Origin: Bacteroidales bacterium
GTDB lineage: Bacteria > Bacteroidota > Bacteroidia > Bacteroidales > WCHB1-69
Assembly: GCA_024400635.1 (NCBI GenBank)
Contig: JAKSMI010000004.1
Coordinates: forward strand, 22,340 to 86,339
DNA: 64,000 nucleotides
Reading direction: 5' to 3'
In this document: positions 29,597 to 40,332 of the stretch, piece after piece
Position numbering within the stretch: the first letter of the stretch is position 1
Layout: every line of letters starts with the position of its first letter
Made by a program: the position numbers and the translations under genes
Notes under the pieces: model-generated
Told to the model about the DNA's origin: nothing
What the model saw: only the letters and a program-made list of their open reading frames with translations
Database searches by the model: none

Positions 29597-30103
29597 TTAC
29601 CAATTTACAAATGCTTTATTGAAGATGTCGTCTGACAAAGCATCGTTGATTTCTGAAACCAACGACGATTCAACGGAGGTGAAATTCTGATTGCTGGGGT
29701 AGTCGGCATAGCGGGAAAAGGATTGTTCGAAATCTTGTTCTTCGTCGAAAGTGTTGGTGAATCGCACACGTACTGAAATGGTTAGTCGGTTCATGGCGGC
29801 CGCATCGTTGCCTTGAATGGCAATAGGTGAAATGGAGTAGTTCGTGATTTCGCCTTCGATGCTGTAATCACCGCCCACATTATTGATGATGGTCAGAGGT
29901 GTTTGGTCTTGAATCTTGTTTTTCAATGCGGTGGTAAAATCCTGACTCAGGGTGGGATTAACCAGTGAGGAATTGTTGGTGAAAGTTTGTACATACACCG
30001 TTTTCGCCCGTGGGTCAACGGTGCCGCCGGTCAAAGATACTGTTAATCGGCATCCCGTCAGCAATATGCATAATACCATTAATACCCCGAATTTTCTCAT
30101 CAT
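29597..30103 (-). CDS. LptE-like outer-membrane lipoprotein
   Basis: Lipobox LLTGC, 168 aa. The size and position upstream of secG match my memory of the Bacteroidota LptE family, with no stronger motif evidence. Confidence 0.45.
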   Translation of the reverse strand: MMRKFGVLMVLCILLTGCRLTVSLTGGTVDPRAKTVYVQTFTNNSSLVNPTLSQDFTTALKNKIQDQTPLTIINNVGGDYSIEGEITNYSISPIAIQGNDAAAMNRLTISVRVRFTNTFDEEQDFEQSFSRYADYPSNQNFTSVESSLVSEINDALSDDIFNKAFVNW

Positions 30104-30240
30104 TTTTTTTATCTTATTTCTTATTGGTGCTGTCTTTCAGATAGATAATTGATTTTAACTTCTTTCCCCGAAGACTACGTCCTCGGTTACTAATTGTACT
30201 GTCTTTCAGACAGATTTCGGCAGCTCATAATTCGAATCTC

Positions 30241-30302
30241 TTAGTTCCTTAATTTCTTAGTTCTTTAGTTTCTTCGTTTCTTCGTTTCTTCGTTTCTTAG
30301 TT
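30241..30302. repeat. Low-complexity tandem 8-mers (tttcttcg x3 flanked by ttcttagt-like units)
   Basis: Read directly from the sequence. Lies in the 242-bp spacer between the sigma-54 activator gene and the LptE-like gene. Confidence 0.8.
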
Positions 30303-30345
30303 AAAAAACATCCTCCCCATAAAAAACATCATAAATCACCCCTTT

Positions 30346-31626
30346 TTAGATCTCCAACTCCTTAATTTTCCTATATAGAGTTCTTTCAGAAATTCCCAAT
30401 TCTTTGGCAGCGGCAGCCCTTTTATTTCCATTTCTCAGTAATGCTTTGATAATCAAATCTTTTTCATGATCTTCTAATGATAAGCTTGTGTCATTATCTT
30501 CTTCAGATACATTATTGATTTTAGTGCTTGCATTGCTTTCGCTTACGATTTCAGAATCCCAATACTGATTATTTTCTTCATCTGCGGCAGGGTAGGTGAT
30601 TGTGGTTCCATCCTGCTGTAAATTAATTAATCTGGTACTGTTGATGTTGTGAATCTGTTGGAAATCCTGTTGTAATTGTGTGGGTTTGATGTCCCCGTTG
30701 ATGATGTGTTTTACCAATTCTCGTAGTTCTGTCACTTCGCGTTTCATATCTGCCAACAGATTGAAAATGATTTCACGTTCAAAGGGATTGTCGATATGAT
30801 TTTCAGAATGAGCCAAAACTGGCAGTTGTGAAGCTGTTGGACTAATCAGATAGTGGCTGAGGGTTTCTTCGTTGATGAGTCTTTGTGGCTCAATCAGAGA
30901 CATTTGTTCAGTGACGTTTTTCAGTTGTCGGATATTGCCGGGCCAACTGTAATTTGCGAGAGCCTCTTTGGCGCCATCGGTGAGGTTGATTTGTGGGAAA
31001 TTGTATTTCTCGGCACATTCTGATGCGAAATATATAAATAGAGGATAAATGTCCTCTTTTCTTTGTCTCAGCGATGGTACGGAGATGGGTACGGTATTCA
31101 GACGATAGAACAGGTCTTCTCTAAATTTTCCGTTGGCGATGCTGTTGGCAAGATTAACATTGGTGGCAGAAATGACTCGGACATCGGTTTTTTGAACCTG
31201 AGCAGATCCGACTTTCATGAATTCGCCAGTTTCGAGCACACGGAGTAAGCGAACTTGTGTTGCGATGGGAAGATCGCCGACTTCATCGAGAAAAATGGTA
31301 CCTTTGTTGGCCACCTCGAAATAACCTTTGTGGTCTTCCGTGGCTCCGGTAAAGGCACCTTTGACGTGCCCGAAAAGTTCAGAATCGATCGTTCCTTCGG
31401 GTATGGCTCCGCAGTTGACAGCAAAATAGGGTCCGTGTTTGCGGCGGCTGAACTCGTGGATGATTTTCGGAAAGTTTTCTTTGCCGACGCCGCTTTCACC
31501 AGTCACCAAAACCGATAAGTCCGTGGGGGCCACTTGTACGGCAATACGTATCGCCCGCTCCAATTCAGGGTTGAAGCCGATGATGCCGAAGCGCTGCTTG
31601 ATGGTTTTGATGTCGATGTTGGCCAT
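30346..31626 (-). CDS. Sigma-54-dependent transcriptional activator (AAA+ EBP, no receiver domain)
   Basis: GESGVGKE Walker A, GAFTGA loop, and a C-terminal Fis-type HTH (AAKELGISERTLYRKIKEL). Confidence 0.85.
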   Translation of the reverse strand: MANIDIKTIKQRFGIIGFNPELERAIRIAVQVAPTDLSVLVTGESGVGKENFPKIIHEFSRRKHGPYFAVNCGAIPEGTIDSELFGHVKGAFTGATEDHKGYFEVANKGTIFLDEVGDLPIATQVRLLRVLETGEFMKVGSAQVQKTDVRVISATNVNLANSIANGKFREDLFYRLNTVPISVPSLRQRKEDIYPLFIYFASECAEKYNFPQINLTDGAKEALANYSWPGNIRQLKNVTEQMSLIEPQRLINEETLSHYLISPTASQLPVLAHSENHIDNPFEREIIFNLLADMKREVTELRELVKHIINGDIKPTQLQQDFQQIHNINSTRLINLQQDGTTITYPAADEENNQYWDSEIVSESNASTKINNVSEEDNDTSLSLEDHEKDLIIKALLRNGNKRAAAAKELGISERTLYRKIKELEI

Positions 31627-31650
31627 TTTTACTGTTTTCTTATTGATAAA

Positions 31651-31687
31651 ACATACTTGAAATCGGACGGGCCGACTTCAAGTATGT
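31651..31687 (-). terminator. Hairpin terminator downstream of glyA
   Basis: An 11-bp stem (acatacttgaa / ttcaagtatgt) followed by tttta on the minus strand. Confidence 0.5.
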
Positions 31688-31715
31688 AAAATTTATGCTT
31701 GTGATGAACTGTCTA

Positions 31716-32996
31716 TTACCAAGCGTTCAAAGGACGTTGAGACATCATGGCATTGACTTTGCCTCTTACTTTATCAACAACGCTGGTGTCGCCGAGGTGG
31801 CAGAGAACATCATCGATGAGTTCAACGATAACGCCCATGTCGGCTTCTTTCAATCCTCGGGTGGTGATGGCAGGTGTGCCGATACGCAAACCGCTGGTCA
31901 TGAAAGCACTGCGGCTGTCGAATGGAACCATGTTCTTGTTAACGGTGATGTCTGCTGCTACCAATGCGTTTTCAGCTTCCTTACCTGTCATTTCGGGGAA
32001 TTTGGTGCGAAGGTCGATGAGCATCAAATGGTTGTCGGTGCCGTTGCTGATGACCTTGTAGCCTTTGTCAATGAATGCGGAGCACATGGTCTTGGCATTC
32101 TTCATCACTTGCTGTATGTATTGATCGTAACCACTGGTCAATGCTTCGCCGAATGCGACAGCCTTAGCAGCGATGACGTGTTCCAACGGACCACCTTGTA
32201 CGCCTGGGAAGACGGCGCTGTCGAGGAGTGCGCTCATTTTCTTGATTTCGCCCTTGGGTGTGGTTTTGCCCCAGGGGTTGTCAAAATCTTCACCCATCAG
32301 AATCATACCGCCACGAGGTCCACGAAGGGTTTTGTGTGTGGTAGTGGTGACGATGTGGCAATATTTAACGGCATTGTTAAGATAGCCCTTGGCAATCAAA
32401 CCGCTGGGGTGGCTGATGTCGCCCATCAGGATTGCACCGATTTTGTCGGCAATCTGACGCATGCGTGCCCAATCCCAGTCACGGCTATATGCGGAAGCAC
32501 CACCGATGATGAGTTTGGGTTTCGTTTCCAGTGCGCGAGCTTCCATCTTGTCATAGTCAATCATACCGGTTTCTTCTTCTACGCTGTAATCAACGACATT
32601 GAACATGATACCGGAGAAGTTGACAGCACTACCATGGCTTAAGTGACCACCGTGGTTCAAGTTCATACCCATGAAAGTATCACCTGCATTAAGGCAGGCC
32701 ATGAAAACTGCCATGTTGGCTTGTGCGCCACTGTGAGGTTGAACGTTAGCCCAGCAAGCACCGAAAAGCTCTTTCGCACGTTCGATGGCGATGGTTTCAC
32801 TTTGATCAACTACTTGGCAACCACCATAATAACGTTTTCCAGAATATCCTTCAGCATATTTGTTGGTCATCACTGAACCCATAGCTTCCATCACTTGTTC
32901 GCTAACGAAGTTCTCTGATGCAATCAGTTCAATGCCATTGGTCTGGCGTTCTCTTTCCTTCTGGATAAGATCGAAAATTTGAGTGTCTCTTGTCAT
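31716..32996 (-). CDS. glyA: Serine hydroxymethyltransferase
   Basis: ELIASENF, the [17 protein letters not shown]-lysine motif, 426 aa. Confidence 0.95.
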   Translation of the reverse strand: MTRDTQIFDLIQKERERQTNGIELIASENFVSEQVMEAMGSVMTNKYAEGYSGKRYYGGCQVVDQSETIAIERAKELFGACWANVQPHSGAQANMAVFMACLNAGDTFMGMNLNHGGHLSHGSAVNFSGIMFNVVDYSVEEETGMIDYDKMEARALETKPKLIIGGASAYSRDWDWARMRQIADKIGAILMGDISHPSGLIAKGYLNNAVKYCHIVTTTTHKTLRGPRGGMILMGEDFDNPWGKTTPKGEIKKMSALLDSAVFPGVQGGPLEHVIAAKAVAFGEALTSGYDQYIQQVMKNAKTMCSAFIDKGYKVISNGTDNHLMLIDLRTKFPEMTGKEAENALVAADITVNKNMVPFDSRSAFMTSGLRIGTPAITTRGLKEADMGVIVELIDDVLCHLGDTSVVDKVRGKVNAMMSQRPLNAW

Positions 32997-33052
32997 TGTA
33001 TTTCGTTTTTATATTGGTAATTAATGATTAAATTTCATCGTAAAATTGCATG

Positions 33053-33060
33053 CAAAGATA
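33053..33060 (-). promoter_or_regulatory. Bacteroidota-type -7 promoter box (TATCTTTG on minus strand)
   Basis: Lies 57 nt upstream of the glyA ATG. Confidence 0.4.
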
Positions 33061-33136
33061 CAAAAAATATTCATTGGGGTATCCTTTGTGTTTTTGTATT
33101 TTGCAATGTTTGATTTTGTGAAAAATTGATCCTATT

Positions 33137-34360
33137 CTATAAGGATAAACAATCGTCCAATGCTTGTGTAAGTGCCTGCTTGTCAAGTTGTTGTCCGATG
33201 AATACGATTTTTTGCATTCGGTCTCCGTATTGATCGTCCCAATCGCGGCGGAGTCCGGGTTCCTTTTCCATCATTTCGGCAAGTTCAGAAGGTCTCATTG
33301 TGGCGTACCACAAACCGACATCTTTGAGTGAAAGCTGTTTGCCCGCTTGTTCAAATAGATAGCAACGGTCATATTCATCCCTGAAATAGCAGATACCTTT
33401 GGCACGGATGACATTTTTCGGCAGTGATGACACGAATTCATCAAAGCGTCCCAAGTTAAAAGGACGGCGGCGATAATAAACGAATGTACCGATGCCGTAT
33501 TCTTCAACCTCGCCGCCTTCGTGCTCATGGTCATGATGGTGATGATGATGCTGATGATCGTGTTCTTCCTCCTCGTCTTCATGATGGTGATGGTGTTCAT
33601 GTTCATCATCGTCGTCATCATCGTCGTCGTGATGTTTTTCTATTTCGCGAATCCATGTGGCAGAGGTGGCGACTTTTTCAAAATCGAACATCTTCGTATT
33701 TAAAATCTTATCAAAATCCACATTGCCATAATCGCATTCAATGATTTCTGCCGAGGGTTGCAATGCACGAACGATTTCTTTCAGGCGTCTTAGTTCTGAT
33801 GGAGCGATTTCAGAAGCTTTGTTTAGCAGGACGATATTGCAGAATTCGATTTGTTGGATAACTAAGCGTTCGAGGTCATCATCACCAAGATTCGTTTTTA
33901 ACAAATCATCGCCGCAAGAAAATTCGCTTTGCATGCGTAGAGCATCAACAACGGTTACAACGCAGTCGAGACGAGGAACGCCGTGCTGGATGAAATCCTT
34001 ACCCATCACGGGAATAGAGCAGATGGTCTGTGCGATGGGGTCGGGCTCGCAAATGCCACTGGCTTCAATTATGATGTAGTCGAATCGTTCCATCGCAATG
34101 ATGTCTGTGATTTGCTTGACGAGATCCATTTTCAGCGTACAGCAAATGCAACCATTTTGCAATGCGACCAAGCTGTCGTCGTTTTGGCCGACAATACCGC
34201 CTTTTTGTATTAGGTCCGCATCAATATTCACTTCGCCAATGTCATTGACGATGACCGCAAATTTGATGCCTTGATTGTTGGATAAAATCCTATTCAGCAA
34301 TGTCGTTTTTCCGCTGCCCAAATATCCTGTCAAAAGCAGCACTGGAGTTTCTTTTTTCAT
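33137..34360 (-). CDS. COG0523/CobW-family GTPase metallochaperone with a His/Asp-rich insert
   Basis: GYLGSGKTT P-loop, a CICC metal motif, and an HHDDDDDDDDEHEHHHHHEDEEEEHDHQHHHHHHDHEHE stretch encoded at about 33535-33650. Confidence 0.8.
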   Translation of the reverse strand: MKKETPVLLLTGYLGSGKTTLLNRILSNNQGIKFAVIVNDIGEVNIDADLIQKGGIVGQNDDSLVALQNGCICCTLKMDLVKQITDIIAMERFDYIIIEASGICEPDPIAQTICSIPVMGKDFIQHGVPRLDCVVTVVDALRMQSEFSCGDDLLKTNLGDDDLERLVIQQIEFCNIVLLNKASEIAPSELRRLKEIVRALQPSAEIIECDYGNVDFDKILNTKMFDFEKVATSATWIREIEKHHDDDDDDDDEHEHHHHHEDEEEEHDHQHHHHHHDHEHEGGEVEEYGIGTFVYYRRRPFNLGRFDEFVSSLPKNVIRAKGICYFRDEYDRCYLFEQAGKQLSLKDVGLWYATMRPSELAEMMEKEPGLRRDWDDQYGDRMQKIVFIGQQLDKQALTQALDDCLSL

Positions 34361-34416
34361 AGCTTTGATTTTTAGAATTTAGTTTCACTGAAAACAAACC
34401 TTAACATCTTAGTTTC

Positions 34417-37053
34417 TTAATCCAACAGCCCCATTCTCTGTAAAATCGCCTGCAATTCTTCCGTGGTTTTAACCTTGACATCTCTGGGTTTGCCGGCACG
34501 TTCGGCGGGACCGACAATGCCGAATTCTTCCAACTGGTCCATGATTCGTCCTGCACGGTTGTAACCTAATTTCAACTTGCGTTGAATGTTTGATGTTGAT
34601 CCTTGCTGTGAATTGACAACCAAAGTGGCTGCTTCCATGAAGTAAGAGTCAATTTCGTCGGAGTTGAATTCTTCGCCTTCATTGTCAGAGTTGCGGTCGT
34701 CGCTGGTATCGGGGACATCTGGTAAGTAGAACGGTTCTGGATAGGCCTGCTGTTCTTCGATGAAATTGGCAATGCGTTCCACTTCAGGGGTGTCAACGAA
34801 TGCGCATTGCAAACGAATTAGATCGCTGCCGGTGGAGATGAGCATATCGCCCTTGCCAATCAGCTGGTTGGCACCGCTGCCGTCGAGAATGGTGCGGGAG
34901 TCGACCACTGACGTTACGCGGAAGGCGATACGTGCGGGGAAGTTGGCCTTGATGGTACCCGTGATGATGTTCACGGAAGGACGCTGGGTTGCAATGACTA
35001 AGTGTATGCCAACGGCACGGGCCAGCTGGGCCAAACGGGCAATAGGCATTTCCACATCGCGGCCCGCGGTCATGATCAAATCACCGAATTCGTCAATGAT
35101 GAGCACGATGTAGGGAAGATAGCGGTGACCGGCGGCCGGTGACAATTTGCGTGCGCAGAACTTGGCGTTGTATTCCTTGATATTTCTGGTCTTTGCTAAT
35201 TCCAGCAAATCGTAACGCTGATCCATTTCAACGCATAATGAATTGAGTGTACGGACAACCTTCTTGGTGTCGGTGATGATGGCCTTGTCAACATCGGGTA
35301 ATTTGGCCAGATAATGATTTTCGATGGCCGCGTATAAGGTGAACTCAACTTTCTTCGGGTCAACAAGCACGAACTTGAGTTCTGACGGGTGTTTGGTGTA
35401 AAGCAATGAGGTGATGACGGCATTCAAACCGACGGACTTGCCTTGTCCGGTGGCACCAGCCATCAAAACGTGTGGCATCTTGGCCAAGTCAACGACAAAA
35501 GGCTCGTTGCTAATGGTCTTGCCCAAAGCAATCGGCAGGGCGAACTTGTTGTTTTTGAATTTGTCTGATGACAGCACTTCCTTCATCGAAACGATGTTGG
35601 GAGTTTTGTTCGGCACTTCGATACCGATGGTTCCACGACCGGGAATCGGAGCGATGATACGAATGCCCAAAGCGGACAAACTCAAGGCAATGTCGTCTTC
35701 CAAATTCTTGATTTTGCTGATACGCACGCCTGGGGCTGGGACGATTTCGTAAAGCGTAACCGTAGGACCAACGGTGGCCGTGATATTTTGAATGCTGATA
35801 CCGAAGTTGTTGAGTGTTTGCTCAATGCGAACTTTCTTTTCGGTCAGTTCTTTACGCATTTGGTCTTCGCTGGCTTCCTTGTTGGGGTAATCTTCCAGCA
35901 AATCCAAAGAGGGAAATTCATAGAACGACAAGTCTTTGCGTGGGTCGTAATCTTCCAATGGCTCTTGTGGTACTTGACTGTCTTCGGCAACTTCTTCGTT
36001 TTCAGTGGTTTCCATATCCGAAGACTCGTCGTCAGGAAAAATATCTTCAACATTGGCATCGTTTCCGCCATCGGCAATCTTGATGTCGAAAGGAACTTCG
36101 TCATAGACTTTTTTGTTGCTTTCGACAAGTTTAGGTTGGAAGATGTCTTCTTGCTCTGTCATTGGTTCTGGTGCAACTTGCTGTTTTTCAGGTTCATCAA
36201 AGGTGAAAACTTTGCCGCGATACTCGTCGCTTAATTCGTTGAGATTGCTAATGTATTGATCTCCAAGTTTTGTGTCTTCAGTTTGAGGCTCAAATTTCGG
36301 AGCGTCTTTTTTGTTCTTTTTTAAGAAACTGAAAAGTCCATTTTTGTTGGATTTTTTCTGATTATCAGCATCTTCTTTCTTATCACTCTCTTTATCTTTC
36401 TTTGAGAAAAATGACAGCAGACATTCTATGGAAACATTATAACACAAAATGAGCAGTATGAGGAGCAGGGCCGCAACGATAAGCACGGCTACGATTTTGC
36501 CAGTATAACTGATGAGTAGGTCGGAAAAATATACGCCAAATGTGCCAGCTAAAAATTCCGCATCAGAGTGGAAGAGTACCAAGCCGACGCCCATGGTGAT
36601 AGAAAGCCATGCCATTGTCAACAGGGTGGTAAGGGTGGTGCGAACAAGAGGTAGTGGCTTTTTCTTGAAGGTGAGATTCAAACCGTAGAGGAAAAATAGA
36701 AAGGCAAAACCGATGGCAAAGATGCCCATGCAGCTGTCGACAAAAATGTGGGCGATGTGCGCACCTACCGAACCAGCTACGTTGCCAGGTGTTGTTGCTG
36801 AGGAAATGTAAGACAGGTCTTCCGCATGGTGAATGCATGTCGAAACCAAAGAAACGGCCAGCAATAATGAAAACAGTATCAGGATGATACCGTAGATTTG
36901 GCAGGCTTTGGTGCCGAAAATACCTTCGGAATTAGTTTTTTTACCAGCACTTTTCCCACTTTCCTTGGCCTTGCTTCTCTTGCTTGAAGCCTTGGCTTTG
37001 GCGTGGTTGGTGACTTTTTTTGAAGAATGGGTGCTATGTTGTGCTTTATACAT
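34417..37053 (-). CDS. ftsK: DNA translocase FtsK
   Basis: N-terminal TM helices, an acidic linker, an AAA motor (GATGQGKS) and a C-terminal gamma wHTH. ATG at 37053; the track start at 37089 is TTG. Confidence 0.9.
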   Translation of the reverse strand: MYKAQHSTHSSKKVTNHAKAKASSKRSKAKESGKSAGKKTNSEGIFGTKACQIYGIILILFSLLLAVSLVSTCIHHAEDLSYISSATTPGNVAGSVGAHIAHIFVDSCMGIFAIGFAFLFFLYGLNLTFKKKPLPLVRTTLTTLLTMAWLSITMGVGLVLFHSDAEFLAGTFGVYFSDLLISYTGKIVAVLIVAALLLILLILCYNVSIECLLSFFSKKDKESDKKEDADNQKKSNKNGLFSFLKKNKKDAPKFEPQTEDTKLGDQYISNLNELSDEYRGKVFTFDEPEKQQVAPEPMTEQEDIFQPKLVESNKKVYDEVPFDIKIADGGNDANVEDIFPDDESSDMETTENEEVAEDSQVPQEPLEDYDPRKDLSFYEFPSLDLLEDYPNKEASEDQMRKELTEKKVRIEQTLNNFGISIQNITATVGPTVTLYEIVPAPGVRISKIKNLEDDIALSLSALGIRIIAPIPGRGTIGIEVPNKTPNIVSMKEVLSSDKFKNNKFALPIALGKTISNEPFVVDLAKMPHVLMAGATGQGKSVGLNAVITSLLYTKHPSELKFVLVDPKKVEFTLYAAIENHYLAKLPDVDKAIITDTKKVVRTLNSLCVEMDQRYDLLELAKTRNIKEYNAKFCARKLSPAAGHRYLPYIVLIIDEFGDLIMTAGRDVEMPIARLAQLARAVGIHLVIATQRPSVNIITGTIKANFPARIAFRVTSVVDSRTILDGSGANQLIGKGDMLISTGSDLIRLQCAFVDTPEVERIANFIEEQQAYPEPFYLPDVPDTSDDRNSDNEGEEFNSDEIDSYFMEAATLVVNSQQGSTSNIQRKLKLGYNRAGRIMDQLEEFGIVGPAERAGKPRDVKVKTTEELQAILQRMGLLD

Positions 37054-37149
37054 GATTTTATGGATTCTTTTTTTATTAAGAAACCACAAAATTACGTTAA
37101 TTTTTACTTATATATGTATAATAATAAAAAGAATGCTAACAGCAGAATG

Positions 37150-37716
37150 TTAATGCAATTCATAGCTGTTGATAAGATGGTTGAACTCTTCCATCTCCAT
37201 TTTCATTAGAGCACAATCAGTTTTTTTATAACTCAATACGATGCGGGCGAAGCCTTGTGCCGCCTTCTTTTTGGCAGTTAAGGTGACGACATAATACTTG
37301 CCATCATCCTTGATGCTGTAATTGGCATTGTTGGCGGTGGCAATGCTCTCAACTTGACCGGTAAATGCCTGACACAAGAAGTTGGCCAGTTTTTTCATTG
37401 GCGCATTCTTGGTGAGGTCGTATTTGACCTCTTTCCCGTTGGCGATGACTTGCATCTTGTTGCCATCCAATACGAAACGGTCTGTGGCTGGTTTTGTGTA
37501 TGTCATTTTTAGCTGACCGGGAGCTTTGAACGTTAGAGAGCCGTTCATCTCAACCTTGACCTTGGCAGCGTTGGTACGGATGTGCGTGAATTTGCTTTCT
37601 ACCGATGTGTGTTTTTTGCCGGCAGCACTGATCTTGTTCAAAATGTCATTGTCATTTCCTGCAAAAAGGGAAATGACAAGAAAAAAAATCATCAAAAAAC
37701 TGATTGTCTTTTTCAT
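37150..37716 (-). CDS. LolA-like outer-membrane lipoprotein carrier protein
   Basis: 188 aa with a signal peptide. Size and beta-rich composition fit the LolA family, and it sits between the MMPL gene and ftsK. Confidence 0.55.
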   Translation of the reverse strand: MKKTISFLMIFFLVISLFAGNDNDILNKISAAGKKHTSVESKFTHIRTNAAKVKVEMNGSLTFKAPGQLKMTYTKPATDRFVLDGNKMQVIANGKEVKYDLTKNAPMKKLANFLCQAFTGQVESIATANNANYSIKDDGKYYVVTLTAKKKAAQGFARIVLSYKKTDCALMKMEMEEFNHLINSYELH

Positions 37717-37718
37717 TT

Positions 37719-40202
37719 TTACTTTCTGGTATTTAATTTTAGAATTTTCTTGTGAACGAAGTCTATTTTATTTAACTGTCTAAATAAGAATGGCTGTAAA
37801 CTATAGGAAATCAAAATGTTGGCACTCATGCCGATGAGAGTGCATGCACCAACGGAATAGACGGCTGGATGCTTGGCGAAAAGCAGTGAAACCAGTACTA
37901 CGATGAGAATGAATGCTGAAAATGAAATGGCGGTTTTGTGGTAGGTGAGAATGCTGTCGGAATGGCCTTGCTCACTGGCAATAAGTCCGCTCATGATGAA
38001 AATGCTGTAGTCAACGCCGACACCGAAAATGATGCTCGCTACAATGATGTTGATGAGATTGAACTGCAAGCCTAACATCGCCATCATGCCTTGAACAATA
38101 TACCAACTGAGAAACATCGGCAAAAAGGACAATAGAGCCAATGTGATGCTTCGATACGATATTAGTAGTACAATCAATACGAAAATCGAAGAGATGAATA
38201 GTACAACGTTGAAATTGTCGTGAATGATGGCTATCATTCCATCGGTATAATAAAATGGGTCTGTAACGATGGCATGGGGTTGTACGCTTACCACGTCACT
38301 GATTTCATCCACATCGGATGGCTCTGATAATACCGATGTGAAAACCAGATAGTTGCTGTCGACCTTCTCAACAAAGTTGCTGGATAGTTCCACTGGAAAA
38401 ATACCAGATTCCATCAGCGATTCTGCTTCGTAATCGGCTTCTGCCAAGGCATAGAACGGGTCGAAAATGTCGGGTTCCAAGCCGTTCTTTTGGGCGGCGG
38501 AGCTGACAAGAGCACGAACTTCGCTGATTCTCTGTGGACTCCAGTATGCTTTCCATCGGTCGATGTTGGCCTGTTGTTCGTCCAATGGCAGGAACAGACC
38601 GGCGACACTCGAATACTGTTTTACAATGCCTTTGTTTTGCAAAGAATCAAGCACATCGTCAATGCGGGCGTTATGGGACATGGCTTCATCAAAAGTCTTT
38701 CCCGAGGCGGCATAGAAAGTGGCTTGGTATCCCTTGTTGACTTTCTCGTTGTAAATCTGTTGCGAACGTGCTGTCTGTTTGGATATGTAGCCAATATTGT
38801 TCAGGTCGTTGTCAAATTGCACTTTCCGCGAAGCGAAAATACAAACCACACTCCATATCACAATGATGCCGATAAGGACGTGGTATTTGTCCAAAGTAAT
38901 CGTGTTGATTTTTTCCAAGATCTGGAAAGCGCGCTTGTTGTGCAAATTCCTGTTTTTGTAAAAGAATTGTGGTAGGAAAATCAGGGCACTCAAAGTTGTG
39001 CCAACGAGGGCAAAAGTGGCAAACAGACCAAAATCCTTCAGCAGGTCGCTGCTGGTGAAATATAAGCCGGCAAAGGCACCGATGGTGGTGAGGCAACTTA
39101 AGCAAACAGGTGTTGATTGCTCTCTCAATACGGTTACAGGCGATGTGACGTACTTGTAATGTGTTAGAATGTGCATGACGTAGCTCATTGCGATGCCCAT
39201 CACCACAGTCCCAACGCCAATGGCTAGCATTGAAATCGAACCTCTGAACCAATACATGCATGCCATGGAAAACAGCAAACCATAAACCAATGGGAAGAGT
39301 AGTAATAGTATGGTGGATTTGTTTCTGTAGCACAATAAGATGACGAGAATAATGATAATCAGAGAGATGCTCATTGTCAAAGCCAAATCTTTGCGGACCT
39401 GGCTGGAATTGCCGGAACTGAGAACTGAATTGCCGTGATAAAGGATTTCTATGCCCGGATGTTTTTGTTCATACTGCTTAGCTGTGGCGTTGATCATCGC
39501 AATCAGACTGGCGCAAGAACGAGAGTCCAAGTAGTTGAAACTTGGTGTGATAAAGGCCAAAGAAACGGTGCTGTCGGATGAAAACAAATGTTTGTCAATA
39601 ATGGTATATCCTGCCATTTGTTTGGTGGCATTGTTAACTTGTCCCATCATGGCGTTGCGAAGTCCGGCGGGATCGTAACAAATCATCGTGGTAACATTTC
39701 CCGTGAAATCCTCACTCATCAAGGACAGATTCTGTTCCATCTGTTGTTCAATGGCTTCAGCTGTCAATAAGGTGTCGAAGGCAGGGTAGACGTCTTCGTT
39801 TATCAAACTGGGAAAATGCGACAGCAAATAGTCCAACCCATTGATGGTCCAGTCGTCTTCAATACGATATAAAACGTTGGCAATGAAATGTTGGGAGCTG
39901 TCTCTTGCCAATAGCATTTCGAAGAATTCGTCGTTGGCTAGGGCTAGTTCTTCGGCAGAAAGCGACTGGCCTTCTTTGGTCGTAAACTGGACGAATATCT
40001 TGTCTTTAATGCTCATCTGCTCGAAAGCGAGGACGCCTTTTTCAGACTGCTCGGTTTTGGGCAGCAATTTGGCGATGTCTTCTTCATATTTTAGCTGAAA
40101 AGCGAAAAATGCAAAAACGAGAGTGGTGATGATCATTGAACACCACATGAATACCGGATGTTTCTCCAAAAACAAGTAGATGGAAACGAAAAATTTAGCC
40201 AT
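37719..40202 (-). CDS. MMPL/RND-superfamily exporter
   Basis: 827 aa with two blocks of about 6 TM helices separated by large loops. Its stop codon abuts the start codon of the LolA-like gene. Confidence 0.65.
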   Translation of the reverse strand: MAKFFVSIYLFLEKHPVFMWCSMIITTLVFAFFAFQLKYEEDIAKLLPKTEQSEKGVLAFEQMSIKDKIFVQFTTKEGQSLSAEELALANDEFFEMLLARDSSQHFIANVLYRIEDDWTINGLDYLLSHFPSLINEDVYPAFDTLLTAEAIEQQMEQNLSLMSEDFTGNVTTMICYDPAGLRNAMMGQVNNATKQMAGYTIIDKHLFSSDSTVSLAFITPSFNYLDSRSCASLIAMINATAKQYEQKHPGIEILYHGNSVLSSGNSSQVRKDLALTMSISLIIIILVILLCYRNKSTILLLLFPLVYGLLFSMACMYWFRGSISMLAIGVGTVVMGIAMSYVMHILTHYKYVTSPVTVLREQSTPVCLSCLTTIGAFAGLYFTSSDLLKDFGLFATFALVGTTLSALIFLPQFFYKNRNLHNKRAFQILEKINTITLDKYHVLIGIIVIWSVVCIFASRKVQFDNDLNNIGYISKQTARSQQIYNEKVNKGYQATFYAASGKTFDEAMSHNARIDDVLDSLQNKGIVKQYSSVAGLFLPLDEQQANIDRWKAYWSPQRISEVRALVSSAAQKNGLEPDIFDPFYALAEADYEAESLMESGIFPVELSSNFVEKVDSNYLVFTSVLSEPSDVDEISDVVSVQPHAIVTDPFYYTDGMIAIIHDNFNVVLFISSIFVLIVLLISYRSITLALLSFLPMFLSWYIVQGMMAMLGLQFNLINIIVASIIFGVGVDYSIFIMSGLIASEQGHSDSILTYHKTAISFSAFILIVVLVSLLFAKHPAVYSVGACTLIGMSANILISYSLQPFLFRQLNKIDFVHKKILKLNTRK

Positions 40203-40332
40203 AAAATTATGCTTTACATTGTGCGGATATAGTTGCGCACATCACCCTCGGTAACGAAGGTTTCATTGTTTAGTTGTTTAATTGTTTAGTTGTTTGATTT
40301 AAAGTTGTAAGTCTTTTAATGGTTAATTCAGT

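Noticed and set aside
30170-30245. tRNA-like TTCGAATC string, suggesting a T-loop
   Set aside because: I could not build an acceptor stem, D-arm or 7-nt anticodon loop around it on either strand. The nearby hairpin has only a 3-nt loop.
30241-30302. Possible CRISPR-like or minisatellite array
   Set aside because: The units are only 8 nt with no spacers and span only about 60 bp. This is simple low-complexity DNA, kept only as a low-interest observation.
31695-32642. 315-aa ORF antisense to glyA
   Set aside because: It is a shadow ORF within an unmistakable serine hydroxymethyltransferase gene, and no motif was recognised.
33295-33744. Several 60-110-aa ORFs on both strands across the His/Asp-rich tract of the CobW-family gene
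   Set aside because: They are products of the repetitive cat/gat/gac codon run read in other frames. The CobW frame is continuous and carries the P-loop and CxCC motifs.
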